A DNA stretch of 36,370 nt from an uncultured Fidelibacterota bacterium (GCA_913040915.1 CAJWHW010000022.1:1-36370), one strand, 5' to 3'. Numbered from the stretch's first letter, positions 16,409 to 26,820 are shown. Notes: a model not told the origin generated them from the letters alone. Numbers and translations are program-made.

Positions 16409-18757
16409 TTATTTTAACAGAATTATTTTTTTCGTATCTGAAAAATTTCCAGTCCGAATCCTATAAAAATACATTCCGGCTGATACTGACTCGCCATGTT
16501 GATTTGTACCATCCCATTGAGTAGTAAAGTATCCCGCTTCCTTTTGCGAAAATTCCAAGATTTTCACTTTTTGGCCTAATAGATCATAGACTAAAATTTT
16601 TACATATGCGGCCTCAGGTATGCCATATTCAATTGTTGTAACCGGATTAAAAGGATTTGGATACGCATCTTTTAATTGATAATTGTCGGGAATTAATAGT
16701 TTATCTTTTGTATATAATTCTATTATATCAATTTCAAAATTTTCTATCCAATAATTTTTTTGGTTTGATCCAATGACTGCTTGGAATGGAATAAGTGTTT
16801 GACCATTACAATCATCACCTAAGACTGCAACAAAAATTCCTTGAATTGATACCACCGAATCTCCTGCTCCAATATCCCCTAAATAAACAAAGTTCTGTGA
16901 GTAATTTTCTATACAAGAACTACTGTCAGTAAAAAACAATAAAAAAACATCAGAAACGTCGATAGAATCACTTTGATTTTTGACAGAATACTCTGAAGCC
17001 AAGGTACTACCTGGCTCTCCTGATAATATTTCATTGAATGATATTGTTAATGGGCCAACTGATGTAAAATTTCCTACATCTTCATAAATGATTGTATCGC
17101 CTTCATCATTATTTAATAGTAATATGTCAACGGAAAAAAATGATTCATCCTCCGGGGTAAAATAAGTACGCCAATCCTCTTCCCTTTCAGTTAATTCTTG
17201 TTCATAGGTTACATTACTTAATTCATCATATATCATAGCTTTTATTACAATATCTTCGCTATTTCCAACCATTACCGCTGATATGCTAACGCTATCTGAA
17301 TGAACAGGTACATAGGATGATTCAATATTCAAATTTGTTAACCCAATCCCTGTTATATTAAATAATATAAACGACATTGGCCCTGAAACTCCTCGATCGT
17401 CCACTGCGGAAACACCAATAACATCTGTCCCAACATAATCTGAAGGTGCAGTATAACTGAATTTTCTTCTTCTACCACCATAGACTTCCACAGTTCCTCC
17501 ACTAATAGGATCTGATTCAAGATTAAACCAAAATGCATCTCCATCGTCTTCTATCTCAAATTCACCTGTGATTGTATGTCCTAATTCGACATCGTACTCA
17601 TGAGAAACTACCATAGGTATTTGGTTAGGTTGTGTATCGCAAATGAATGACTTTTGCCCAGATAAGGTACCATTAATAAAAATTCTTTCTTCCCATTCAC
17701 CTACATTTTCATTTAAAGGAGACCAAATATCATTAATCCACCAATATGATGTGGCATAATAAGGCGCACCTTGGTACCACCATTGTGTCTGCCCAGGAAC
17801 AAATGAAAACTGGTCAACAAATGTACCATCTTTATACCATTTCCAAGTTAAAGTATCTTCAGCGTAAAGGTTTCTAACAGCGACTAAGGACATATAACTT
17901 TCACCTGGATTAATACGAGTTAGAGACGGAATATTTTCTGAAACAATATATGAATATTCATCATCATTCTGGGCTGGGTATGCTGTATTCAAATGTCGAA
18001 ATACCCGTTGGGGATAAGCTGAAGAATCACCAATAAATGGAAGCTGCTCCACCCATCGAGTTTCTCCCATGCCACATTCGCCTTCCCAAGGATCAATTAA
18101 ATTCCAATTTTCGGTATTTACTTCAAAATGTAGATGCGGACCATCAGAAAATCCAGAACTACCAATAAAACCCAATGTGTCACCAATCTGAACAGTATCT
18201 CCTAATGACACCGCAACAGAGTTCTTTTTCATATGTAAATAATAAGTTCGAGTCCCATCTGTATGTTGTAACCCAACAGTATTACTGATAGCGTTATTAC
18301 TCCAATAAGTCCAGCGATCAAATTCGCCATCATGGGTATAGATGACAACACCACGAGCAGCGGCAAGGATTGGTGTAGTCATTTCGTCCATATAATAAAA
18401 TCCACTTACAGCAATATCAGTTCCCCAATGCCCATCATAAGTCACAAAATAACAGTTATAGTCTTCTATCCAACCATTTGAAGGATTCTGATCCACATAA
18501 TTTGTGATATAATTTTTATCACCATTCATCATACCTCCATTTCCCACTGGTTGATGGAACATAACAGTATCACGAGAAGTAAATTCAACATCAATAGAAT
18601 TCTCCATAATATGTTGTCTTTCATTTTCGGTAAGGCAATTAGGCAGGTGAGATGGTTGCAAAGGGACTTTACCGCCAACTTGGATATGATCTCTGGCAAA
18701 GGATTTTGGAATTATGAATATAGAAATTATTAGTAATTGAAAAATCTGTTTAACCAT
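16409..18757 (-). CDS. Secreted M23-family (peptidoglycan DD-metalloendopeptidase) protein with Ig-like domains and T9SS/FlgD-like C-terminal domain
   Basis: HWGTD (HxxxD), YLHM and GPHLHFEV motifs; C-terminal YPNPFNP...WDG...KIILLK. Confidence 0.9.
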   Translation of the reverse strand: MVKQIFQLLIISIFIIPKSFARDHIQVGGKVPLQPSHLPNCLTENERQHIMENSIDVEFTSRDTVMFHQPVGNGGMMNGDKNYITNYVDQNPSNGWIEDYNCYFVTYDGHWGTDIAVSGFYYMDEMTTPILAAARGVVIYTHDGEFDRWTYWSNNAISNTVGLQHTDGTRTYYLHMKKNSVAVSLGDTVQIGDTLGFIGSSGFSDGPHLHFEVNTENWNLIDPWEGECGMGETRWVEQLPFIGDSSAYPQRVFRHLNTAYPAQNDDEYSYIVSENIPSLTRINPGESYMSLVAVRNLYAEDTLTWKWYKDGTFVDQFSFVPGQTQWWYQGAPYYATSYWWINDIWSPLNENVGEWEERIFINGTLSGQKSFICDTQPNQIPMVVSHEYDVELGHTITGEFEIEDDGDAFWFNLESDPISGGTVEVYGGRRRKFSYTAPSDYVGTDVIGVSAVDDRGVSGPMSFILFNITGIGLTNLNIESSYVPVHSDSVSISAVMVGNSEDIVIKAMIYDELSNVTYEQELTEREEDWRTYFTPEDESFFSVDILLLNNDEGDTIIYEDVGNFTSVGPLTISFNEILSGEPGSTLASEYSVKNQSDSIDVSDVFLLFFTDSSSCIENYSQNFVYLGDIGAGDSVVSIQGIFVAVLGDDCNGQTLIPFQAVIGSNQKNYWIENFEIDIIELYTKDKLLIPDNYQLKDAYPNPFNPVTTIEYGIPEAAYVKILVYDLLGQKVKILEFSQKEAGYFTTQWDGTNQHGESVSAGMYFYRIRTGNFSDTKKIILLK

Positions 18758-18786
18758 ATTTTTTCTCCCTGTGGATTTATCAAAAC

Positions 18787-19803
18787 TTAATTAGATGGTT
18801 CCGAATCCTGTATCTGGTTGATAACAGATATTTCTCCATTTTCTCCATCAATCTTACAAACATACCAATATCGACCTTCTCCTTCTTCAGGGACTTGCAT
18901 TGAAAGTCCATCACATTCTGGACTATTGTAAATCTGTACAACACCACCAGATTCTTGAAGACTTCCGGATGATGAATATTGGTGAACATAATAGATATAA
19001 TTACCAGTAAAAGACTGCTTTATTGTAATTGTTTCAGGACCAAACCCATCGGTATCATCTATGTCCAGAGTTGTGAAGGGAGCTGCATTGGCGTTACCAC
19101 GGTTACTATAATTTATATGATAGGCTTGTCCATCTATTTCGGGAATTTTGAGATGGGAATCTAAATCTGGTGGAGTCGCACCCCAGTTTAATACTATTCT
19201 AATTTCACCTGGTTCAGGAAATGGGCTCATTGAAAAATTATATTCATATAGAGTTAATGAATTTCCATCCGGGATTTGAAAAGAACTGTTAAATGGACAA
19301 AATGAATCATGTGCCGCATTTACCTGATATTCTCCACTTTGCAGTCCAATATATATTTTATATTCACCATCTTCATTTGTCGTGGCAGTGTTATCAAGGA
19401 TCGTTATTGTAGAATTTGGCACATTTTCTCCGTTTACTGCATTGGTAACTTTTCCTTGAATTACTCCGCCTTCAACACGAATAGTTATACTTGCTCCGTC
19501 AGATGAACCTAAGCCATCACTTACTTTGCACGTAATATGATAATACCCACTCCTACCTGGTGCAATCCACCTAGCAGTATCTTTATCAACAGATAATTCA
19601 CCATCACCCGCTACCCAACTATAGGATATATTATCTCCATCTCCATCCTGGGCTTTACATGCTAATACCACAGTATCACCAGAAAGTGCTACAGAATCAC
19701 TCGCCACTAAAGATAGGAGTTCAACTGATTCATTAGGCATCTCACATCCCAGAATAATAATTAGAATAAATGAAATATAAAGATGAATTTTAAAATATTT
19801 CAT
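18787..19803 (-). CDS. Lipoprotein with PKD/Ig-like, carboxypeptidase-regulatory-like and YfaP/DUF2135-like domains
   Basis: Lipobox ILGC; IQGKVTNA...TTNEDGEY; IVLNWG..PDLDSHL and LDIDDTDGFGPETI motifs. Confidence 0.8.
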   Translation of the reverse strand: MKYFKIHLYISFILIIILGCEMPNESVELLSLVASDSVALSGDTVVLACKAQDGDGDNISYSWVAGDGELSVDKDTARWIAPGRSGYYHITCKVSDGLGSSDGASITIRVEGGVIQGKVTNAVNGENVPNSTITILDNTATTNEDGEYKIYIGLQSGEYQVNAAHDSFCPFNSSFQIPDGNSLTLYEYNFSMSPFPEPGEIRIVLNWGATPPDLDSHLKIPEIDGQAYHINYSNRGNANAAPFTTLDIDDTDGFGPETITIKQSFTGNYIYYVHQYSSSGSLQESGGVVQIYNSPECDGLSMQVPEEGEGRYWYVCKIDGENGEISVINQIQDSEPSN

Positions 19804-20156
19804 TCTACAGCAATGTCAACTGTTGCAATATCCAAACCATTATTTTGATCTGTAACTGTACATGTAATTGAAAATATTCCCGGGATTTCAGGAGCAATCC
19901 AGGTAACGGTATGCTGTTCATTTCCTATTTCGATTTTTCCAAAAGCAGCAAACCAGTTATAGGTTAAGCTTTCATCTCTGAAAATATTTGATTCATCGTC
20001 ATCGCTAGCATTGCAAATCAGAGTAACAACCTCACTAGGGGATACAGGATTCGGGTCTGCGGTGATGGAGCTGATAGTAGGTTCATAGTTGTGGGCACAA
20101 CTTGTTATAAGCAATCCGAAGCAGAATAGAATTCGTAATATGTTTAGTTTTATCAA
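19800..20156 (-). CDS. Small lipoprotein with one PKD/Ig-like domain
   Basis: Lipobox ITSC; similar to the N-terminal domain of the next gene; ATGA overlap; TTG start. Confidence 0.75.
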   Translation of the reverse strand: MIKLNILRILFCFGLLITSCAHNYEPTISSITADPNPVSPSEVVTLICNASDDDESNIFRDESLTYNWFAAFGKIEIGNEQHTVTWIAPEIPGIFSITCTVTDQNNGLDIATVDIAVE

Positions 20157-20208
20157 GATTTAAATTATAAAAATTGTTTAAGCTTAATTTACTGATTATC
20201 CTAAAAAC

Positions 20209-20236
20209 AAAAAACCCCACGAATGTGGGGTTTTTT
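20209..20236 (-). terminator. Intrinsic terminator, repeated family copy A
   Basis: AAAAAACCCCAC-GAAT-GTGGGGTTTTTT, about 30 bp after the stop of 20268..21146. Confidence 0.88.
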
Positions 20237-20267
20237 ATTTACTTTTTAAAATAAATCAAAAAGTAAT

Positions 20268-21146
20268 TTAATCTCTACCTGAAGAACAGTATTGATCTTT
20301 TGCATCAATGTATTCTCCATCACTGTTAATTGTCACAGTGATTTCACCATCATCGACTCGAAAAATTACATCAATTGGATATTGAATTGTTGGCTCACCT
20401 TCATTATCAGGATTGTTTATCTGCCATTCTCTTAGTAAACCGTAATCATCTTCACTTTCAATGGTAATTGTTGAACCATCTGACATATTATATGTTACAG
20501 GAAACACAACTGCCCCGCAATTGGCATCAAAACCATCCTTACGGCAGTATCTATATGCACCTTTCATTTCTTCTTCATTATTAACTGTGATTGTTCTGTC
20601 TTCACCAAATGAAATATCTACCGGGAACTGCAGTGCGGGTCTTTCATCTACATCGGAGTTAGCTTCATACCAGGCCTTAACTTCTTCCCAGCCAGCTTCA
20701 TCATCACTAGCAACTGTTACAATAGAGCTGTCCGGCATTATAAAGGTGACAGGAAGAATCAGATCAAAACATTTCCAGTCTTCTTCACCTTCTCTCTCCC
20801 AATTATCTTTGTCTCTATCTTTACCATAATCATAAGGATCAAGCTTGCGGCCTTCCAGATTAAAATAAAATTCTTTTCTGTCACCTAAGCTGCGCCCACA
20901 ACCAGTAAGATCCACTTCATAGCCCAAGCCGGATGCTTTTTTAGCACCTAGAGCATCATATTCATAATTGCTTTGTAAAATAGTTTGAGATTGTACAGGT
21001 ATTTCACTCAATGCTATATCAATTTTTACTGCATCTATTATTAACTGAATCAATTCTGCATCAGACATTTCTACCGATTCTGTGGGCCCTTTCTGGCAAC
21101 TAAAAACCAGAATTACTATAATTGCCGTTAAGATATGTTTTTTCAT
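20268..21146 (-). CDS. Hypothetical lipoprotein with PepSY-like N-domain and two internal repeats
   Basis: Lipobox VFSC; repeats CFDLILPVTFIMPD...PALQFPVDI and CGAVVFPVTYNMSD...PTIQYPIDV. Confidence 0.75.
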   Translation of the reverse strand: MKKHILTAIIVILVFSCQKGPTESVEMSDAELIQLIIDAVKIDIALSEIPVQSQTILQSNYEYDALGAKKASGLGYEVDLTGCGRSLGDRKEFYFNLEGRKLDPYDYGKDRDKDNWEREGEEDWKCFDLILPVTFIMPDSSIVTVASDDEAGWEEVKAWYEANSDVDERPALQFPVDISFGEDRTITVNNEEEMKGAYRYCRKDGFDANCGAVVFPVTYNMSDGSTITIESEDDYGLLREWQINNPDNEGEPTIQYPIDVIFRVDDGEITVTINSDGEYIDAKDQYCSSGRD

Positions 21147-21281
21147 CTTATAACTTTTTGTTTATTCATTAAAAATTCTTATCAAAAATTAAATTAATAT
21201 TATTACCTATTCTAACATTATGATCAATTTCTCTCCATAAAAAAATATATAGATAAACCTATTGCTCTACAAATAATCATT

Positions 21282-22865
21282 CTAGTCCTTTATTAAATAG
21301 GTCAAATTTTCTTTTAAAATGGCAGAAGCAGTCAAGAGGCCCGAGAAGAGTGCACTAGTTACACCAACTGTTGTGATATCTTGTCCTGTAAAAAATAGAT
21401 TCTTGACATCGGACTTAGGGCGTAACCAACGCTGACGAAAACGCTGGGGGTCATGATTAATCCCATACATTTCCCCTATTTGATAATTGGCTAAATCACG
21501 TACGGTCAAAGGTGTTGAAAGTTCTTTGTAATCTAGAGCTTGATCAATGCCAGGCACATGTTTAAAAACAATATCAAGTATCCTGTTAGATAAACTCTCT
21601 TTTTGATCTTCATAATCATCTCCACGATTTTTCCATGGAAGTTTTTGCCATTTAGTGTACTGTTCCCATGTACTTAGGGTAATGGCTTCCATCGTTGCAA
21701 ACCCAGCATGAGTTTTATCCCAATCAAGATCCTTTGCAGATGGAAAAGAAACATATAAGACCGGAAAATCTGTATTAGGATTCTCAAGATAGGTCTGAAC
21801 ATTCTTATCATGATCATAGTTAGGATAGATCCATAGATTGGTATTACTTATTCCTAAATTTTGTGCGGATTGATTAAGCCCTATATGTAGACAAACATAG
21901 CTTTTTGTTTTTTCAACTTTTTGCAGTTTATTTACTAAATTTCTACCAACTTGTTTATGATCCAATAGTTTTTGAATTGTATTTACCACACCAGCGTTAC
22001 TAACAACAGTATCTGCTTCAATTTCATCTCCATTTTTCATGATCACACCCACTGCTCTACCATTATAAATTTTAATTTGATCTACATCTGCATTTACTGC
22101 AAGAATACCATCCTTTTTTTCAATCATATCAGAAATCCTTTCTCCAATACTCCTTGATGAACCCGTCGGGTAATTACCCCCATCAAGATAATGACGATTA
22201 ACCATTGCATGCATAGCAAAACTGCTCTGCGCAGGAGGCAGACCATGATCTCCCCACTGACCTGTAAGCACACCAATTAATTTCTGATCATCAGTCAGAC
22301 CGGAAAGAACTTCAAGTGTTGTACGATCCGAATAGGATAAGAATTTTCTTGTCATAAATGGATAAGTCAGGTAACCTATTAATTCGGGCAGTGCTTTGTT
22401 ACTAAAATATGACCTAGAACTGTAGGCAACTTCATCCAAGATGTTCATATAAGCCATAATTCCTGATTCTTCCTTCGGAAAATAAGAAATCATATCATCA
22501 ATAAACTGTTCTCGCGGGGCAACAAAATTATATGATTTATCCGGAAAAATAATCCTGTCATAATTCTTATCCATTGGCGACCATTGTAATTTTTCATCTG
22601 TGATAAGATCAAATAGTCTACGTACGGGAGAATTAGGTTTATGAACCTGACCTATATAATGAATTCCCACATCCCATTCATATTTATCTCTGCGAAAGGT
22701 ATGTGTCCAGCCGCCAATCTTAAAATGTTTTTCTAGGACTAATACGCTTTTGCCCTTCAGGCTGAGTAAAGCTGCTGTACACAAACCACCAATTCCAGAC
22801 CCAATAATAATGGCATCAAATTTCTGGTTGGAAATCTCCGTTTTATAACTTTTCCATTTTTTCAT
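21282..22865 (-). CDS. NAD(P)/FAD-dependent oxidoreductase, all-trans-retinol 13,14-reductase / phytoene desaturase family
   Basis: IIIGSGIGG, LEKH..GG..HTF, WDVGIHYIG, STPLT and LFFTGQD motifs. Confidence 0.9.
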   Translation of the reverse strand: MKKWKSYKTEISNQKFDAIIIGSGIGGLCTAALLSLKGKSVLVLEKHFKIGGWTHTFRRDKYEWDVGIHYIGQVHKPNSPVRRLFDLITDEKLQWSPMDKNYDRIIFPDKSYNFVAPREQFIDDMISYFPKEESGIMAYMNILDEVAYSSRSYFSNKALPELIGYLTYPFMTRKFLSYSDRTTLEVLSGLTDDQKLIGVLTGQWGDHGLPPAQSSFAMHAMVNRHYLDGGNYPTGSSRSIGERISDMIEKKDGILAVNADVDQIKIYNGRAVGVIMKNGDEIEADTVVSNAGVVNTIQKLLDHKQVGRNLVNKLQKVEKTKSYVCLHIGLNQSAQNLGISNTNLWIYPNYDHDKNVQTYLENPNTDFPVLYVSFPSAKDLDWDKTHAGFATMEAITLSTWEQYTKWQKLPWKNRGDDYEDQKESLSNRILDIVFKHVPGIDQALDYKELSTPLTVRDLANYQIGEMYGINHDPQRFRQRWLRPKSDVKNLFFTGQDITTVGVTSALFSGLLTASAILKENLTYLIKD

Positions 22866-23136
22866 TTTCTTTTAGTCCCAATGATTGCTTGTCAATTCTG
22901 TAAGGTTCACATTAATATATTTTTCCCTTCTTTATACATGAATCTACACATCTACCTATAAACTAAAAACCCCACAATATCCTTTGAAAAATCATTTTTT
23001 CTTTGTCCTGATTTCAACAGTTGACTTATATATATTAGCGGTTCATATAAATTGTAAATTTAAGGATAATAAAAACTCAATTTACAGATTTGTGTATAAG
23101 GGTAATTCCTAACGCTTAATCAACTAAATTTTTTAT

Positions 23137-23841
23137 ATGATCAAGGATATATTTAATGTAATTGTCTCGCTCCCAAGCCAGCATATTTATTCTGGAATAA
23201 TAAGCAGTATACTTTGTATTGCAGGAACTTGGTTTTATAATAAAAGTACTGGCAGGATTAAATCACTAATAATTCATTTAATTGGATATATTGTAATTCT
23301 CAATGAACTTATGTTTCAAATTTATATGCTTTACTATGGTATTTGGTCTTTACAATCTTCCCTACCCCTAGAAATGTGTTATTTAACAGCATTAGTTATT
23401 CCTTTTTATGCAAAAAACCAGAGTAGCAGGTTATTAAAAACCTGGTTCTTTTTTGCTGGGTTTGGAGGCTCATTGGTTGCATTTATTAATACAAATTTAT
23501 CTGATGTAGAACATATTTGTGCTTTTATCCATTACTTTTTTGCACATGGAATTGTTATTTATGTAATGTTTATTATTGTTGCAGATGGGTATCTGCCTGA
23601 ATGGAAAGATTATTTTCAAGCCATCAAGTGGACAACATATCTTGTCATTTCTGTAATAGTCGTAAACATCATTCTTGGAAGTAATTATATGTTCACATTT
23701 GAAAAACCAAGCGGTACAAATTTTACTCTTCTCATGCCGGACTGGCCTTATTACTTCTTGATTATGCTCTTTATCGGAATCTGTTTATATACATTGATGA
23801 TGTCTATATCGGAACTTGTAAAGATTAAAAAATTATCCTGA
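23137..23841 (+). CDS. YwaF / TIGR02206 (TMEM164-like) integral membrane protein
   Basis: SLPLEMC, YFFAHG, GSNYMF..KP and WPYY motifs; about 6 TM segments. Confidence 0.82.
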   Translation: MIKDIFNVIVSLPSQHIYSGIISSILCIAGTWFYNKSTGRIKSLIIHLIGYIVILNELMFQIYMLYYGIWSLQSSLPLEMCYLTALVIPFYAKNQSSRLLKTWFFFAGFGGSLVAFINTNLSDVEHICAFIHYFFAHGIVIYVMFIIVADGYLPEWKDYFQAIKWTTYLVISVIVVNIILGSNYMFTFEKPSGTNFTLLMPDWPYYFLIMLFIGICLYTLMMSISELVKIKKLS

Positions 23842-23922
23842 CTGATCTTTCCGGAAGCTGGTAAAAAAAACTTCAGGTATAAATCTTGATGTGAGTACCA
23901 TGAAAGGACTTAAATTTATTGA

Positions 23923-25140
23923 ATGAAAAATAATTTAAACTATCTGCTAAACATATCCCTTATCTTATTATCTTCATGCAGCAAAGATTCAAATTCAATA
24001 ACAGTGAAGGGTACCATAACAAATCCGGTCAGCAATATTGTCCTATTTAATTTCCCGGATAGCAGTTATCAGACCGAAGTGGATAGTAAGGGTAATTTTG
24101 AAATAACCTTCAGTGCTGATTCTGCACAATATGTGTCTTTCATTCATGGAGAAAGAACAAGAATGTTTCTTAAACCTAGGGACAAAATTAATATCACCTT
24201 TGATACAAATGAATTCGATGAAACTATGAGTTATAAAAACAGCCCTGAATCATCCTTCCTTGCTTATAAATACATGGCCACCGAAAAAAAGGATTTTTAT
24301 GGAGAGTCTTTGTACCTTAAAAGTGAAGATGAATATGAATCTTATATTGAAGAATATAAAGCTAGGATACTCCAAGAATTAGCAAAGATTGATAATACGT
24401 ATTTTAGGAAGACTGAATTGAAAAATCTGAATAACTCCATAGAGAGGTACTTAAAGCAGAAACAAAATTTTGCAGATCGTTCTAAAGAAGAGTTATTATA
24501 TATGTGGGATGCAAGAAAGCTATCTCTGGAATATAATTTTTACGGGCTGCTTGCATCTTCTGTCAAAAGTGAATTTGAAAACAGCTTAAGCGAATATGAA
24601 CAAAAAATGTTAACTGCACTGGACAGAATAAAGAGTTTAGAAAGGTTTGAAGAAGAAAAAGAAAAGATTTCGAGGATAATTAGTAAATGGAAAGAGCGGA
24701 AAGTAGATTATGACAACATGCCAAAAGATGGAGATATGTCCATAGATTTTTCTTATCCTAATCTACAGGAAGAAATGATTTCATTATCTTCCTTCAAAGG
24801 CAACCTTGTATATATAGATGTCTGGGCTACATGGTGCGGCCCCTGCATCGCTGAAATTCCATCTTTAAAGAAGCTCCAAAAGGATTATGAAGATCAGGAA
24901 ATTGTTTTTCTGAGCGTATCAGTTGATACAGATAAAGATGCCTGGGTGAAAATGTTATCTGATGATGATTTAAGCGGAGTTCAACTATGGGCAGACGGCT
25001 GGAGTGAGATCACAAAATCATATGCCATTTTTGGAATTCCCCGATTTATGCTGATTGATCAAACTGGAAGACTAGTTTCTGTAGATGCACCAAGGCCTTC
25101 ATCCAATGAAATTCGAAAGATAATTGAAGAGAGAATTTGA
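23923..25140 (+). CDS. TlpA-family thiol-disulfide oxidoreductase lipoprotein
   Basis: Lipobox LSSC; YIDVWATWCGPC, IPRFMLID and APRPS motifs. Confidence 0.92.
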   Translation: MKNNLNYLLNISLILLSSCSKDSNSITVKGTITNPVSNIVLFNFPDSSYQTEVDSKGNFEITFSADSAQYVSFIHGERTRMFLKPRDKINITFDTNEFDETMSYKNSPESSFLAYKYMATEKKDFYGESLYLKSEDEYESYIEEYKARILQELAKIDNTYFRKTELKNLNNSIERYLKQKQNFADRSKEELLYMWDARKLSLEYNFYGLLASSVKSEFENSLSEYEQKMLTALDRIKSLERFEEEKEKISRIISKWKERKVDYDNMPKDGDMSIDFSYPNLQEEMISLSSFKGNLVYIDVWATWCGPCIAEIPSLKKLQKDYEDQEIVFLSVSVDTDKDAWVKMLSDDDLSGVQLWADGWSEITKSYAIFGIPRFMLIDQTGRLVSVDAPRPSSNEIRKIIEERI

Positions 25141-25183
25141 ATATATTTCTTTGTTTAATTTCTTGTAAATAATTCTTAAAGTT

Positions 25184-26254
25184 TTACATATCCTGTAAAT
25201 AGTCTGAAAAAAGAAGCAAATCAGAAATATCCACAACTGAATCAAAATTAAAATCTGGTGTATCAATTGCTTCATCATCATGCATTATAAAGGATAATAA
25301 GTTCAATAAATCATTTTCATTGATATTGCCATCACCATTGAGATCATAATTCTGCTCAAAACTAAAAATAAACTTTACTGCAACAGGTCTGTGATCTGAA
25401 ATATTTTGATCATATTCATACCAACCGCCATCCAAATATTCATCAATTTTAATTGTTTGCACCTGCGAATTATTTAAATCATCAAATAATTCATCAGTAA
25501 TCAAAATATGATCAAGATGGGAAGGCCAGTTGGGGTATGACCATTCCGAACTGCTACCCTCTGCAATTTCCAGATCTACAAAGCGGAAGTGAGCGGAATC
25601 ATCCAGAATTTCCTGAAATACATTATTTGGTGATTCTTCAGCAAGATCATCATTTAAATCACCAAGTACAATTACATTGCTGCTCGGAAGATTGGTATCA
25701 ATATATTCTTTCAGCAAGTTCATGGCAATATACCTTCTATTTTCTTCATCAGATGAATCATTGTAATCAAGTATGTTGTCCCCGCAACATTTAAAATGAT
25801 TATTGATCATAAAATAATTTTCATCCATGAAATTAAAATCTATCACCATAGGTGAGCGAGGAAATGCATTCCAATATTCTGAAGTGATATAAATCTCATA
25901 GATATCATTTATTTCTACAGCTTCAGTTTTATAAATATAGGCTAGACCAGCAAACCAGTTTGATTCATAATAACCAGTATATGCCGGTAATAAAGCCAGC
26001 ATCTGGTCAAACATATTGATATCATCTAATTCCTGTATCGCAAGAATATCCAGATCCAATAGTTGAATTATTTCTATGACAAAATCAACTGTGACTTGAT
26101 TATTTTTGGGAAACCACTCGATGTTCCAAGTTGCTATGTCGAGAGAATTATCAGCACCAAAAGATAAATCTTCCAGATCCTGTGCAAACAAAGTCACAGC
26201 CAGTAAATATCCTGCAACCAGAATGTTTTTAAATATTTTTAGATTTTTATACAT
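25184..26254 (-). CDS. Secreted endonuclease/exonuclease/phosphatase (EEP) with C-terminal dockerin-like domain
   Basis: ATWNIE, IQE, NHFK, LGDLND, LDHI and SDHRPV motifs; tandem Ca loops DLNGDGNINENDL and DFNFDSVVDISDL. Confidence 0.9.
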   Translation of the reverse strand: MYKNLKIFKNILVAGYLLAVTLFAQDLEDLSFGADNSLDIATWNIEWFPKNNQVTVDFVIEIIQLLDLDILAIQELDDINMFDQMLALLPAYTGYYESNWFAGLAYIYKTEAVEINDIYEIYITSEYWNAFPRSPMVIDFNFMDENYFMINNHFKCCGDNILDYNDSSDEENRRYIAMNLLKEYIDTNLPSSNVIVLGDLNDDLAEESPNNVFQEILDDSAHFRFVDLEIAEGSSSEWSYPNWPSHLDHILITDELFDDLNNSQVQTIKIDEYLDGGWYEYDQNISDHRPVAVKFIFSFEQNYDLNGDGNINENDLLNLLSFIMHDDEAIDTPDFNFDSVVDISDLLLFSDYLQDM

Positions 26255-26278
26255 AAATATAATTAGAAACCTTATTCT

Positions 26279-26701
26279 TTATGATTCAGGTACAGCACCG
26301 TATTGATTATCATTTATATCCCCTGATTTCGTAAGGTATAATAAAAGCAATAATCCAATGGGAGGTATTAAAAAAGTCAAAGCCCATTTCCCGGTCATAT
26401 TCATATCGTGCAATCTCCTAACAATTACGGCAAGGCTGGGTATAATGGTTAAGGGACGATAAAAAAAGACTAAAACGCCCACTTCAGAATAATATTTTCC
26501 AATTGGTAAATATTCACTATAGGGCAGATCATGAAGACTGATAAAATTATATCCAATCTTCCTGTCAATAAGAATGATGACAAGGTAAACTACTATCCAG
26601 TAAAGCAAAAAGAACCAGAGTTCTGCTCTGCTGGCACGACCTTTGAAATTTGTATAATTTTTAAAACATTTGATAAAGTAGTTGATGCCCATAATTTCCA
26701 T
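26279..26701 (-). CDS. DUF805 family membrane protein
   Basis: YTNFKGRASRAELW, VRRLHD and NQYG motifs. Confidence 0.9.
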   Translation of the reverse strand: MEIMGINYFIKCFKNYTNFKGRASRAELWFFLLYWIVVYLVIILIDRKIGYNFISLHDLPYSEYLPIGKYYSEVGVLVFFYRPLTIIPSLAVIVRRLHDMNMTGKWALTFLIPPIGLLLLLYLTKSGDINDNQYGAVPES

Positions 26702-26820
26702 ATATCTTCATTGATCAGATTATTTCAGAATGTTTATTTGCTTTTATTATTTTTATATAAGTATCAAAGTAATTTCCGTTATATGGTTCAATAGTCATAA
26801 ATAGCTTTGTTGGTGAAAAT

